Source: Neocallimastix sp. 'constans' (lineage: Eukaryota). Taken from it: a stretch of DNA of 64,000 bases. Both the position numbers and the translations under genes were made by a program. Below, piece by piece: positions 37,611 to 48,507 of the stretch. The stretch spans positions 930,001 to 994,000 of the forward strand of contig JBODTK010000011.1 of the NCBI GenBank assembly GCA_050613775.1. Reading direction: 5' to 3'. The stretch's first letter is position 1. Every line of letters begins with the position of its first letter. The notes below the pieces were generated by a model. That model was not told where the DNA came from and searched no databases. It was given only the letters and a program-made list of their open reading frames with translations.

Positions 37611-38693
37611 CTAAAACTAAAATTATTAACTATTCCTTATTTCTTAACAATGCCACAAAGGTAAACTTCTATTCTAAAGAGTTGGAAAATTGTAAAATAA
37701 AATACTTATCAAGTCTAGGTTTGTGGCTATTCTAAACTAACTTTACTACACTAATAACACTATATCTTAAACCTCTATTATTTAATTAATTATTTTCTTT
37801 TTTAATTTCTTTTATTTATTTATTTTATTTATTAACTAATTTTCAACAACCACTTAACTGGGTAACGCAGGGTCCTTTCCGGAGTTCCCACTAGCAGTTA
37901 AGGTTTTACAAACTATAATATAATTGTTTTATAAGAAAGTAACTATTCTAATAATAGTTACGAAACTAATAATAAAATTTAGATTTTCCTATTACTATAC
38001 GATTTTCCTATTCTATACGATTTTCCTATTCTATACGATTTTCCAACTATCGTTCAATAGTTGAAAAATTAACTCTTTTTATACTTTTTCAAAATAAAGT
38101 TTTAAATCAAAATAAATTTTAATAAATTATATAAACATATTATTTTATATTATCAATTACATTATATAATAAATTACATGAAATGTTATGAATTATTTTA
38201 ATATAAATCCTATTTAAAACTATCTAATTTTTCTAAAATTTTCTATGAAGAAAAATTTAGAGTTTAATTCATTAATTATATGATTAAATATATTCTATCC
38301 ATATATTTAATTTAAATTTTGCCAAGTTGTGAAAACCAATTTACTAAACCACAACTTGATATTTTTATTTTTAGAATTTCCATAATTTAAAAGACAAGTA
38401 AACAAAACGGCAAGTTTTTGTAAACAAACGGAAAAGGTAATATTCCTTTAATTATTTTAATTTAACTAATTAATGACTAATTATTTTTTAATTTATGAAG
38501 TTTCGTGATTCAACTGAGTAATTGTTACGTAAATTCTCCAAATAATTTAGTCATAAATTTTTGAGAAAATTATTTAAATTAATAATTTGGAATACATTTA
38601 AATTTATATTAAAAATTTGGAAAACATTTTTATCCACAATAATTTACATTACATTACATTTAAATACGTATTCAAATTATTAAATATTTTACA
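31805..38693 (-). mobile_element. Full-length chromovirus (Tf1/sushi-like Gypsy), family B; LTRs 31805-32806 and 37691-38693
   Basis: Near-identical ~1-kb LTRs, TSD AATTA, PPT CAGAGGGGCA, single intact ORF. Confidence 0.97.
32840..37474 (-). CDS. gag-pol: Family B single-ORF Gag-Pol (gag, CCHC, protease, RT, RNase H, integrase, chromodomain)
   Basis: ORF track 32840-37546, first ATG MKYLR. Motifs CFICNSTNHLKSNC, LDTGS, YIDDILI, ETDASN, SMDFIT/SDRGSQF, chromodomain LYFMLWKGLPATECTW. Confidence 0.95.
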   Translation of the reverse strand: MKYLRINNQDPGARRDFDAVSEASSMEVENEAGNHVNIRARLIPKPKVFSGKRNELSAFLGQISRYFKYNLEGEAIEDDEFKIDVVSSYLDGTAAEWYADLCKEESPLLQSYDLFINALKERYKTCASTDVANSRITKIKSHHYCSLAEYCDQFEKVARDSSFNDEAKIHFFIDGLPARAKERTRLIYPRIRKLNELINVVSANAEEDRRVFGNDPMDVDQRRIRPFSRSLGTSHYRTNYQDTERNYGMPPANKLSRIKKCFICNSTNHLKSNCPKQKEKIRRREKVLQITVSKKSLSHTYNVAIKFRDGLILKAILDTGSDLNLIDRKVVDRYGIPMQRLRYEKNVLGINGNGIIRYETIPLTMVMGQHSETINFYIYDLPEGIPIILGNPWLKKHCPTIEFDHGNIRFSSQYCKRNCCATAEEIARRVEEKRRKEEEERRNKIQLAKEIINYKVENNKDNCIRLDNDDFKSSLEIEKNKAYIRKVCSKKAVMKKALVKKNKSLKRKNLNKDKIENYVFYCVSKTESKDKVLRVIREKCENVKRNTSIDREKQDRNKINIKDEVKEEIPEQYKEYKSVFDERECDKLPPHRLYDCKIRLKDDVDLFYGPLYPLTEEEREALKEYIKENLEKGFIRPSTSPAGAPILFVRKKDGSLRLCVDYRRLNENTIRDSYPLPLITELFDRLREAKYFTKLDLKSAYNLVRIRKGDEYKTAFRTRYGHYEYRVMPFGLKNAPATFQHFINDVLGEYLDEFAFAYIDDILIYSNTLEEHRVHVKKILKRLQESGLYAKLSKCEFEVQKTTFLGHVISNQGISIDPDKVKSILEWPIPTTVKEVQSFIGLCNYYRRFIPNFAKIAKPLHNLTRKDIKYEWTEECSVAFETLKKLFTIEPILAHADPELPFIVETDASNFAIGAVLSQRNKDTNELHPICYYSRGLSKSERNYPIYDKELLAVKCALQEWRHYLEGSKHQFTIFTDHKNLTFPRKPELLSQRQIRWNLFLSRFDYKLQYRPGKEGGKPDAFSRRPDYEDKEIEDEEDSIPCFAIMDLDNNSYPSIQGQLKEELIKNTKEDKFIQELISVKKGVSTTNNKYKSKMKDFELEEDGLLLYKGLIFVPNKMKDIIIGIHHDNPVQGHFGILKTKEVISRNFVWFRMTDDIVKYIASCKICCQAKDDRHKPYGLLQPLPTPKRPWSSVSMDFITDLPKSRDKTVIMVVVDRLTKMAHFIPFRSIPTTQIAADVFFREVFRLHGLPEDITSDRGSQFTSEFWTRLCSLLDIRQNLSTAHHPQTDGQTERVNGILEQFLRCYINKRKNNWMDILPYAEFAYNNTLQQSTNQTPFFSNYGFNPKFNPVIPADSRRTSTIDHVEQIRKNMQFLKKNLEKAKERYKRYADHLRIVGPKLKVGDKVWLKRPDLLPKGPSKLTNRKLGPFKIIEKTGPVSYKLELPDTIKCHNVFHISNLEPYNEREFDESSASTNTRITSIATDTEGKEPLKIVAAKVVNNKPLYFMLWKGLPATECTWLSEEEISDPQLVQEFNRTNRVPSRL

Positions 38694-39506
38694 AATTATT
38701 ACAAAACACGAATGATACGATATTTTATTAAATACCGTATATGTTAGTTGGGCGTTTGTGCAAAAGGGAATTACTCCAAGAATATTATATTACAATAATT
38801 ATATTTACTTTTTATTTATTTATCTTTTATTATTTTATTTATTATATTTTATCATAAAAAAAATACATGTTTTATTATTATTCCTTAAAAATAAAGAAAA
38901 TATTTATTTATAAATTATTTTCATAATTATATTTTTTACTAATTTTATAAATTTTATTTATCGAAACACTAAAATTAATTAATAAATATAAATATTCATA
39001 ACTTTTTACTTATAACTATTAATTCATATTGTTTAACATTATTTAAAAATTATTTTAATATTAACATCAATTTAATTAAACATTCAATCTCCGTTATAAT
39101 TAATATAACTAATTTTACTATATTATCAACAATTCTTTTAATATTTTTAATATTATTATTTAATTTAATATTTTAATAATTAATAATAATAAATTATCTT
39201 TAATAATATATTAATAATATATTTTAAGATTCATTATATAAAATTAATTTTTAATAAATATTTATATTAATAATTTTTCTAAATAATTTTTCTATTATTT
39301 TCTATTATTTTTACTGGACATGCATCAAGATGCCCCCACTTAGCTTAGACTTCGTCCCTTGAAGTCTATAAGCATATTAAAATATTTATTAAACTAATAA
39401 TACTATTATATATTTTATAATATTTTTTTTTATATTTTTTTTTTTTTTTATATTTTTTATATATATCAAAAATTTTTTTTTTTTTTTTTTTTTATATATA
39501 TATCAT

Positions 39507-39578
<72 letters not shown>

Positions 39579-39583
<5 letters not shown>

Positions 39584-42500
39584 GATTATAATTTAGGAAA
39601 TTACTAATATATGGAATTACATTTTTTAGATGAATGTTTCTCTCTGCAATTTCATTCGTATAAGGATCACATACTGTGACAGTATTAAATTGCTGTTTAA
39701 CTATTTTTAATGGTCCGATATAATAAGGGTCTAGTTTCCTTCGATTGAAATTTCTAACTAAAACTAGGTCTCCTGGTTTGAATTCACTTCTTAATCTTTT
39801 AATCTGTCTTCTCCTATCTTTCCATAATTCATTTGCAGTTTCAATATTTTTGATTGCTTCAGAAATCCAATTATGGTGATTAATAAATTTTCGAACAAAA
39901 TATTCTTCTTCTGATTCTTCAGGAAATCTTTTGTCAATATTAATTGCTAATTCAAATGGTTGTAAGTCTTTCCTACCATAGAGTAATTCGAAACTACTAA
40001 ATTTAGTAACTTCATTTTTTGTTGTTCTTAAAGCCCAAAGTGCACTAGGTAAAATATCATCCCATTCTTGATTTTGTTTACTTAATTCTTTAAATTGGCT
40101 TTTAAGAATTCTAATATATTTGACTATTTCTCTATTCCTGTTTTCAACTTCTCCGTTAGAAGCAGGATGATAAGTACTAATATAATGTACATAGACATCA
40201 TTTAAATCTAGGAAAGCTTTTGTTTTATCAGATATGAATTGCGGGCCATTATCAGTAATTAATATCTCTGGAATCCCGTGTCTTGAAAATATATTATTTA
40301 AAAATCTAATGACATCTTCTGATTCTGTTTTGGCTAATGCTTCAGCTTCCACCCATTTTGTTAAATAATCTACAAGTACTATTATATATTTATTACCTCT
40401 GAAAGATTCGTATAAGGGTCCAACTAAATCCAATCCTACCCGAGTAAAAGGTAGACCTGGGGGTGTAGCTAAATCTTCTGTAAATACATTCGGTGGTTGT
40501 GGTTTACATAATTGACATACATGACAAGATTTAATAAATAATCTGATATCCTTATTCATTCCTATCCAATAATAGTTCCTTTTCAAACGATGGTAGGTTT
40601 TAAAGTTACCTTCATGTCCTAAACAATGAGCTTTACTAATAAGTTCCCATTTTTCATTATCATTAAATATTACTTTTCTTAATTCATTATTATCTTTATA
40701 ATACTGAACTCCATCAATTAATACAAATTTCTGGTTTATTATTTTTTTATAGAAATCATTTAGTATTTCAGTACTATCATCAATATCATTATTATTAGTA
40801 TTAACATGATTAATATTATTATTATTATTATCATTATTATTAAAACTATGTTTATTATTTTCTTCAGTTTGAAATACCATATAATTCACATTCAATTTAT
40901 TTTCCACTCCATTATTTTCACTATTATTATTATGTAATTTATTATTAAACTTATTAATGTTATTTACATTATTTTTAATTTCCTCATATTCCATTTTGTA
41001 ATTTTCATTATTACTATTGATCTTAATTTCATCCACTAACTCTTTTATTTTATTAATTTTAGTATTTTTCTTATTTCTAATTTCTTCATTATTTTTAATT
41101 TCACAATTTTGAATTTCATTATTTATAACTTGGTTGAATACATCTTTATTATAATTTTTTATATTATTTCTTTTATTTTTATTTTTTATATGTTTATCAT
41201 CATTTTTTATATTTTTGATTATATATTTTTCATTGTTAGAATGTAATCTAGATAGTGCATCAGCAACTACATTCCTCCTCCCCTCTTCATATAACACTTT
41301 AACTTTTAAAATACTGAACTCCGTTATCCATTTGACATGCCTTGCTGAAGAAGGTTCTTTATTTTTAAATATGTAAACTAAAGGCTTATGATCGGTATAA
41401 AGAATTGTCTCAAAACTATTACCAGTGAGAAAAGGTTTAAATTTCATGACACAGTAAAATGCGGCAAGCCCCTCAAGTTCTGTAATGCTATAATTGATTT
41501 CAGAATTGGAAAGTGTCCTACTTTCATAATATAATGGCTTCTCAATGTTGTCATCGTCTAACTGAAGTAGTACCCCGCCAATTCCTGATTTAGATGCATC
41601 TGAACGAACAATAAATGGTTTATCAAAATTTGGAGGTGACAATATAGGTGCATTAATAAGACGAATTTTTAAAAATTCAAATGCATTATTAGATTCGGTA
41701 GACCAAACAAAAGGAACATTCTTTTTTGTTAAATCATATAAAGGTTTAGCAATTTGGGCAAAATGGCTAATGAATTTCCGGTAATATCCAATTGCCCCTA
41801 AGAAAGAACGTAACTGTTTTAAATTAGAAGGAGGTAACCAATTAGCAATAACTTTTATTTTAGAATTCATAGGTTTTATACCCTTAGTAGAAAGAGTATG
41901 ACCAAGGAGCTCAACTTCTTCTTTAAAGAAATCACATTTTTCAAAATTCACTTTTAATCCATTATTAGCAAGAATGAGGAATACTTTTTCTAGGTCTTTG
42001 ATGTGTTGATCTAATGAAGGAGAATAAATAACTAAGTCATCTATGTAAATAAAAACACATACTCCGATTAAATCAAAAAATATTCTGTTCATCTCCCTTT
42101 GAAAAGTAGCGGGAGCGTTGCATAGTCCAAAAGGCATAACTTCAAAATTAAAGTTTCCGTAAATGGTCGTAAAGCAAGTGATATCTTTATCATCAGAATG
42201 CATAGGAATCTGATGGTACCCTGAGAAGAGATCAATAGTAGACAAAATAGAAATATCACCGCTAACATAGTAAAGTATATCATCTATTAAAGGAAGTGCA
42301 TAAGCGTCCTTTAATGTACAATTATTAATCTTCCTGTAGTCAACACACATTCTCACTTGACCATTCTTTTTCGGTACCAGTACTACAGGAGAAGACCAAG
42401 GAGAACTAGAAGGGACAATTAAGTTATTATTTATAAGTTTAATTAATTCCTTTTTAAGTGCATCAGCTTGCACTTTTGAAATACGGTAGGCCCTCTGTTT

Positions 42501-44859
42501 AATAGGTGTTGTTCCTGGTATTAAATTAATTCTATGAGGATATAGCTTTGACGAACCCAAATCGTCAGTTTTCAGTGCAAGAACACTAATATAATTTAAA
42601 AATAATTTTTCTACATCAGCTTTCAAATTTTCTGGTAATTTTTTTACAATAGAGTGAATCATTTCCAGTTTAGATATTGTGTCGTCTGTGCAAACCTCGT
42701 TTTCATTATGTAGTACTTCATTAGTTATTAATAAAAGAGATGGAATCAATTGTGTTGTAATATCAACCGTTTTATTCTTATATTCTTTCCTTTCAATATT
42801 TCTATCTACTAATTTATAATTACTATTTAATTTGTTATTGCCGTTTTGATCAGAATCGATTTTTGATGGAAGTTTAGAATGTAGTATGGGATTTATATTG
42901 TTTGTAACTTTAGAATTAATTTTATGATCATTTATTTTATAATTGTCAATTTTATCATCATTCTTATTATTATTCGTTTTTATTTTGATATTATTTTCTT
43001 TATCGATGTCGACACTATTAAAGAAAGGTAATTTTACATTAAAATTATTTATGTTAATATTAGGTAACTCTGATTTAGCATATGTAAAAAGTATATTATT
43101 ATTATCATTATTATTATCATTGTCACTCCAACTAGTTTCAGAATCCTCATCATTCTCTTCAGAAGAATTATTATTTATATTATTCTCCTTATTCATATTA
43201 TTTTCTTCGTCATTAATTCTATTTGTACTTTCAGAAGGACTCAAGCTAACATCATAAAATAAAGAAGCTAATTCTATAGGATTATTATTTTCATCAATAT
43301 GATATAAGGTATCATTAACTAAATTTATATCAAATCTATTTCGTTTAAGTGTGTCAATACCTATTAATATATCAAAGATATCATCCTTATCAATTTTCCT
43401 AAAGTAATCGATAAAAGTGTAATTTCCAATAGATATTTTTAGTTCATAAATATCTGAACAAGTTGAATTGTTGGAATATACCTGAAAAATTTTTTCGGAT
43501 ATTCTCCCAATAGGATTTTTATTAATTTTAAATTTTTTTAAAGCCGTAGTGGTAATCAAATTAACGCTAGCACACGAGTCCAAGAAAATTTCAGCTGGTT
43601 TCTTATCCACAGTGCCTTTAACTTTAATCACTTTATGTTGGCTTATAATTGTCATTACATTTATTAAAGATGTATTCAAATTTTTCTTTATTTTCTCTTT
43701 TCCTTCGGTTAATTTTAATGCTTTTGTAAATTCTGACCTGAACTTTGGAAACAGGTCTAACAAATATACTAACTTCGTTATGACTTCGGTTGATGCTACT
43801 TCCATGATAAAGTCCTTAATTTTAAATTCATTAAAATCTTCCATCATTTTTATGTGTTTCTCTGGCTTGGAATAACTTTTAACATTGATGGGTATATCAT
43901 CTTTGTTACTGCTCAGTATTTCATTTATTTTATTCAATTTATTCGCTTTTTTTACATTTCTAATATTTGGTTGATTGATATAAGAAAGATCCAAATATTC
44001 TAATTTATTTGTATTATTATTAGTTATTGTTTGATTAGTTGGTGGTTGTGAATCCTCAAAAATTTCAATAGATTCATTGAAAGTAACATTTTTATGATCT
44101 TTATTTTCTTTAAATTCTTTACCTTCTTCTTTTTCTGTTGATAGTTTGACATTCGTTCCTCCCTCATCTATTATCATATCAGGTGTTCCTGTAGTTGCTA
44201 ATTTATTAACGTTTAATTTTCTTTTCATAATAGTATTTTTCTTCATAGCATTTGTAATAATTGGAACTGGATTATCTATAAGCTTTTTCTTTATTTCTTT
44301 GGTATATGGGGTGATTTTTATTGAATTATTTTTACCTTTCTTTTGGGCAACAGCGATAATTTCCTCATTATGGTAATTATCAAAATTATTATAAATATTA
44401 TTTGAATTAGGTTCATTATTAATTTTCTTTTCATTATCATTTATAGAAATTCTATTTAAATCAATTTCATTGTTACTTTGATCATCATTATTATTTTTAT
44501 AAGTATTATTTATATTAACATCATTGTTAACTTGTTTATTAATAGTGTCATTTTCATAGATGTTGTTATGATTACTATTATTTAATTTATAACCGTTACT
44601 AGTATTCTTACTAAGATATTCTATATTATTTAAGTTATTATTATTATTATTATTGGAATAAATATTATCAATACTTGTATGATTATCATCAAATAAACTG
44701 TTTGTATAATTTATTTTATTATTCTTATTTAAATAATTATTGTTTATATCATAATTATGTGAATTATCATTATAAGGATATCCATTATTTATTACATCAT
44801 TATTTGAAGTTGCACTAGCATTATATGAATTATTATTATTATTATTATTATTATTATGT

Positions 44860-44890
<31 letters not shown>

Positions 44891-45056
44891 AATTATTATC
44901 ATTAGTATTATTATAATTATTTTTTATTTTCATAGTATTATTATTTAACTTGGGAGAGTATGTTAAATTTACATATTCTTCATTAATACTATTATTTTTA
45001 TTATAAGTTTGAAGTTTGGTTTGGTTAACGGGAGTTGTCCTTCTCCCATTATTTAG
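39579..45056 (-). CDS. pol: Family C Pol with long Asn-rich inserts (reached by -1 frameshift)
   Basis: FLDSCAS, YIDDLVI, RSDASK, integrase GLDLVGP/TDNGPQF. Frame is open up to the slippery site. Confidence 0.93.
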
Positions 45057-46356
45057 TTTAAATTATTAAAGCTATCTCCATTATTATTATTATTATTTAC
45101 ATTAGCTTTGAAATTACTATTAATATTTGAACTAGTAGTATTAATATCCTGATTTATTCCATTAGAATTTCTATTAAAATTATTATTTCCAGTGGGAATA
45201 TTATTCTCATTAAAATTATTATTATTTCTATTAGCAATATTATTTCCAGTAAATTTATTATTTTTATTAAAGTAATAATTACTACCATTAAAAGAATTAT
45301 TGTAGCCATTTTTATTACTATTATTATAATAATTGTTATATTTATTACTATTATTATTATAATCAAAATTATTATTATAATTATTACCATTATCATTATT
45401 ATTCATATTATAAAGATTATTATTTCTATTACTACCATTATTTTTATTATTAGGACATTCATAAGCTTTATGTCCTACTTGTTTACATGAGTAACACATA
45501 ACTGATTTTCTAGCTTTTGGTTCGTAGTTATTATAGATCTTCTTGTATCATAAGTATTATTTTGTTGAATTTGTTCTACTCCGTGATAATAATTATTATT
45601 ATTATTAAAACTTTTATTTTTATTGTTACTATATCTACCTGGTGTAAACATTCTATTATTGGTGGAGTTTTTATTTATATAACCCATAACATATGATGAC
45701 GCTTGATATGAATTATCTAAATTATTTCCATGTTCTCTTAAGCTCCTATAAATTGGATGATTTAATAAATTGTTACTATTTTTATTTATGTTGTTTTGAT
45801 ATACCATAACATTCTGAGAATTTTTGTTTGTTATAGTTCGTACTTCAGCTTTTTCTGCACGTTCTGCTACTTCGAACGCTTCTGTTAATGTTTTACAGTT
45901 GGCCAAAATTACTTGAGAATGTACATATACCCTATCATGTATAGCATTTAAATAATCATCGACACATATTAATTTTTTATATTCCAAGTCAAGTCGATGA
46001 TAAAGAGTTAAATAATTATAATTAAATCCTTTAATTGTTTCATTTCTTTTTATTTTTAAGGCCTTTAAAATTGAACACTTATCATTTTGAGTAATTTCTA
46101 AATAATCTTCAATGGCTCTCTGGATTTCTTTATATGAGGGAAACCTTTTAACATTATTTCTTGTAGTACATAAAGATTTTAAAAGGTTTTTTATGTCAGC
46201 CTCTACTGCGTTCTTTACCCAAATAAAAATTCTGTTTGGTTCCTCAATGTTGTAAATTTCCATAACATTTTTGAAATCTTCTATCCAAGAATCTATGTCC
46301 TTACCATAATTTGCTAAGTATGGTAAGTCTCTTCTAATTTTCGAAGCGTCCGCCAT
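45053..46356 (-). CDS. gag: Family C Gag, split by a 1-nt frameshift near 45530-45550
   Basis: ORFs 45475-46356 and 45053-45499; the second carries CYSCKQVGHKAYEC. Confidence 0.82.
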
Positions 46357-46442
46357 TTATCTAATTATTATTTTAATTTGAAATTATATTCTTATATACT
46401 TTTACGAGTATAATAATATTATTTTTATTATTGTTATTATTA

Positions 46443-46492
<50 letters not shown>

Positions 46493-47044
46493 TCTTATTT
46501 TATATACTATTACTAAAATATTACTATTATTAAAATATTATTTATTATTATTAATTATTAATTCACTATTACTAAAATATTATTTATTATTATTAATTAT
46601 TACTTAATTCACTATTACTAAAATATTATTTATTATTATTAATTATTACTTAATTCACTATTACTAAAATATCATTTATTATTATTAATTATTACTTAAT
46701 TCACCATTACTAAAATATTATTTATTATTATTATTAAAATATTATCTATTATTTTTTTTTTTTTCTAAATATTATCACATATACTATTAATAAAATATTA
46801 TTTAATATTAATTTTTATACTAAACTATTACTACTTTTTATTATAATATCATTTCTTAATTAAAGGTTTATTCGTTTTTATACTGGTCCGAATTCCCAGT
46901 TGTCTTTAATTACTAATAAAGATGATAATAAAAAAAATTAACTATACTAATAATAATAATTAAAGACTTATTCGTTTTTATTCTGGTTCGAACTCCCAGT
47001 TACCTTTAATTATTATTTAATAATAATCATAATAATTTTAGGCG

Positions 47045-47076
<32 letters not shown>

Positions 47077-48507
47077 TTTATATATTACTATTATAAAAAA
47101 TTAATTATTTAATTTTAATTTAATATTAATTATTTAATTGTCTTTATTTTTTAAAAAGTAAATATCAATATAAATATAAATTTCATAATATTCTTGGTTT
47201 GCACGCCCGGATTCTCCACCATTTTTGATACGATATTTTATTAAATACCGTATATGTTAGTTGGGCGTTTGTGCAAAAGGGAATTACTCCAAGAATATTA
47301 TATTACAATAATTATATTTACTTTTTATTTATTTATCTTTTATTATTTTATTTATTATATTTTATCATAAAAAAAATACATGTTTTATTATTATTCCTTA
47401 AAAATAAAGAAAATATTTATTTATAAATTATTTTCATAATTATATTTTTTACTAATTTTATAAATTTTATTTATCGAAACACTAAAATTAATTAATAAAT
47501 ATAAATATTCATAACTTTTTACTTATAACTATTAATTCATATTGTTTAACATTATTTAAAAATTATTTTAATATTAACATCAATTTAATTAAACATTCAA
47601 TCTCCGTTATAATTAATATAACTAATTTTACTATATTATCAACAATTCTTTTAATATTTTTAATATTATTATTTAATTTAATATTTTAATAATTAATAAT
47701 AATAAATTATCTTTAATAATATATTAATAATATATTTTAAGATTCATTATATAAAATTAATTTTTAATAAATATTTATATTAATAATTTTTCTAAATAAT
47801 TTTTCTATTATTTTCTATTATTTTTACTGGACATGCATCACGTGACAAATGTTGATTATTATCTTAATTTAGAATTTACTTCTAAAAGTGATAATAATTT
47901 GTCAATTAATAGGGTAGTTATTAACACAAAGATGTTAATTAAAACACTACAGTTTAAAATAAGAAAAGAATATTTGTTTTTTTTTTTATAATAAAACTTT
48001 ATTTATCAATATAAAATTGTACTTTTTATTATTTTGAATATTTATATTCTTAATAAAAAGTATTTAAAATAAATGAGAATAAAAGAAAATAATTTATTAA
48101 AACTTAAATTTTAAATTTTTAATTCTTGAATTCTGATTTTTTATTTTTAAAGAAATATTTACATGTTTTTATATTTTTCTTTTAAGTTTAAATTATTTAA
48201 AATAAAACTATATAATTATTTTAAGTAAACACTTTTAAGATAAAATAAACAATTTTGTTATTATTAATAAGTTTCTTTTTAATTAATATTAATATCAATT
48301 TAAACTGAGATTTAATTTAAAATCGTTAAAGTAAAATAAAAGAATAATTTAATATAAAATACATTGTTCTTTAAATTAAAATAATATTTATTTAATAATT
48401 TTAAATCTTTTAATTTATTTTTATTAAAATATTATTTTATAATTATCAATAACTAATGAAGAGGGTTATTATTCCATTTTATTGATTTTTCTTAATTTAT
48501 AATTTGG

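Larger units (their letters stand above)
30811..38703 (+). mobile_element. Solo LTR E2, interrupted by full-length B
   Basis: TATAAGAATC... homologous to E1; its last bases TTACA resume after B. TSD AAACA/AAACA. Confidence 0.85.
38713..47840 (-). mobile_element. Full-length Ty3/Gypsy element, family C; LTRs 38713-39327 and 47226-47840
   Basis: 615-bp LTRs, PBS TGGTGGAGAATCCGGG (tRNA-Ala-like, 47206-47221), PPT GTGGGGGCATCT, TSD CGAA (right copy split by D). Confidence 0.96.
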
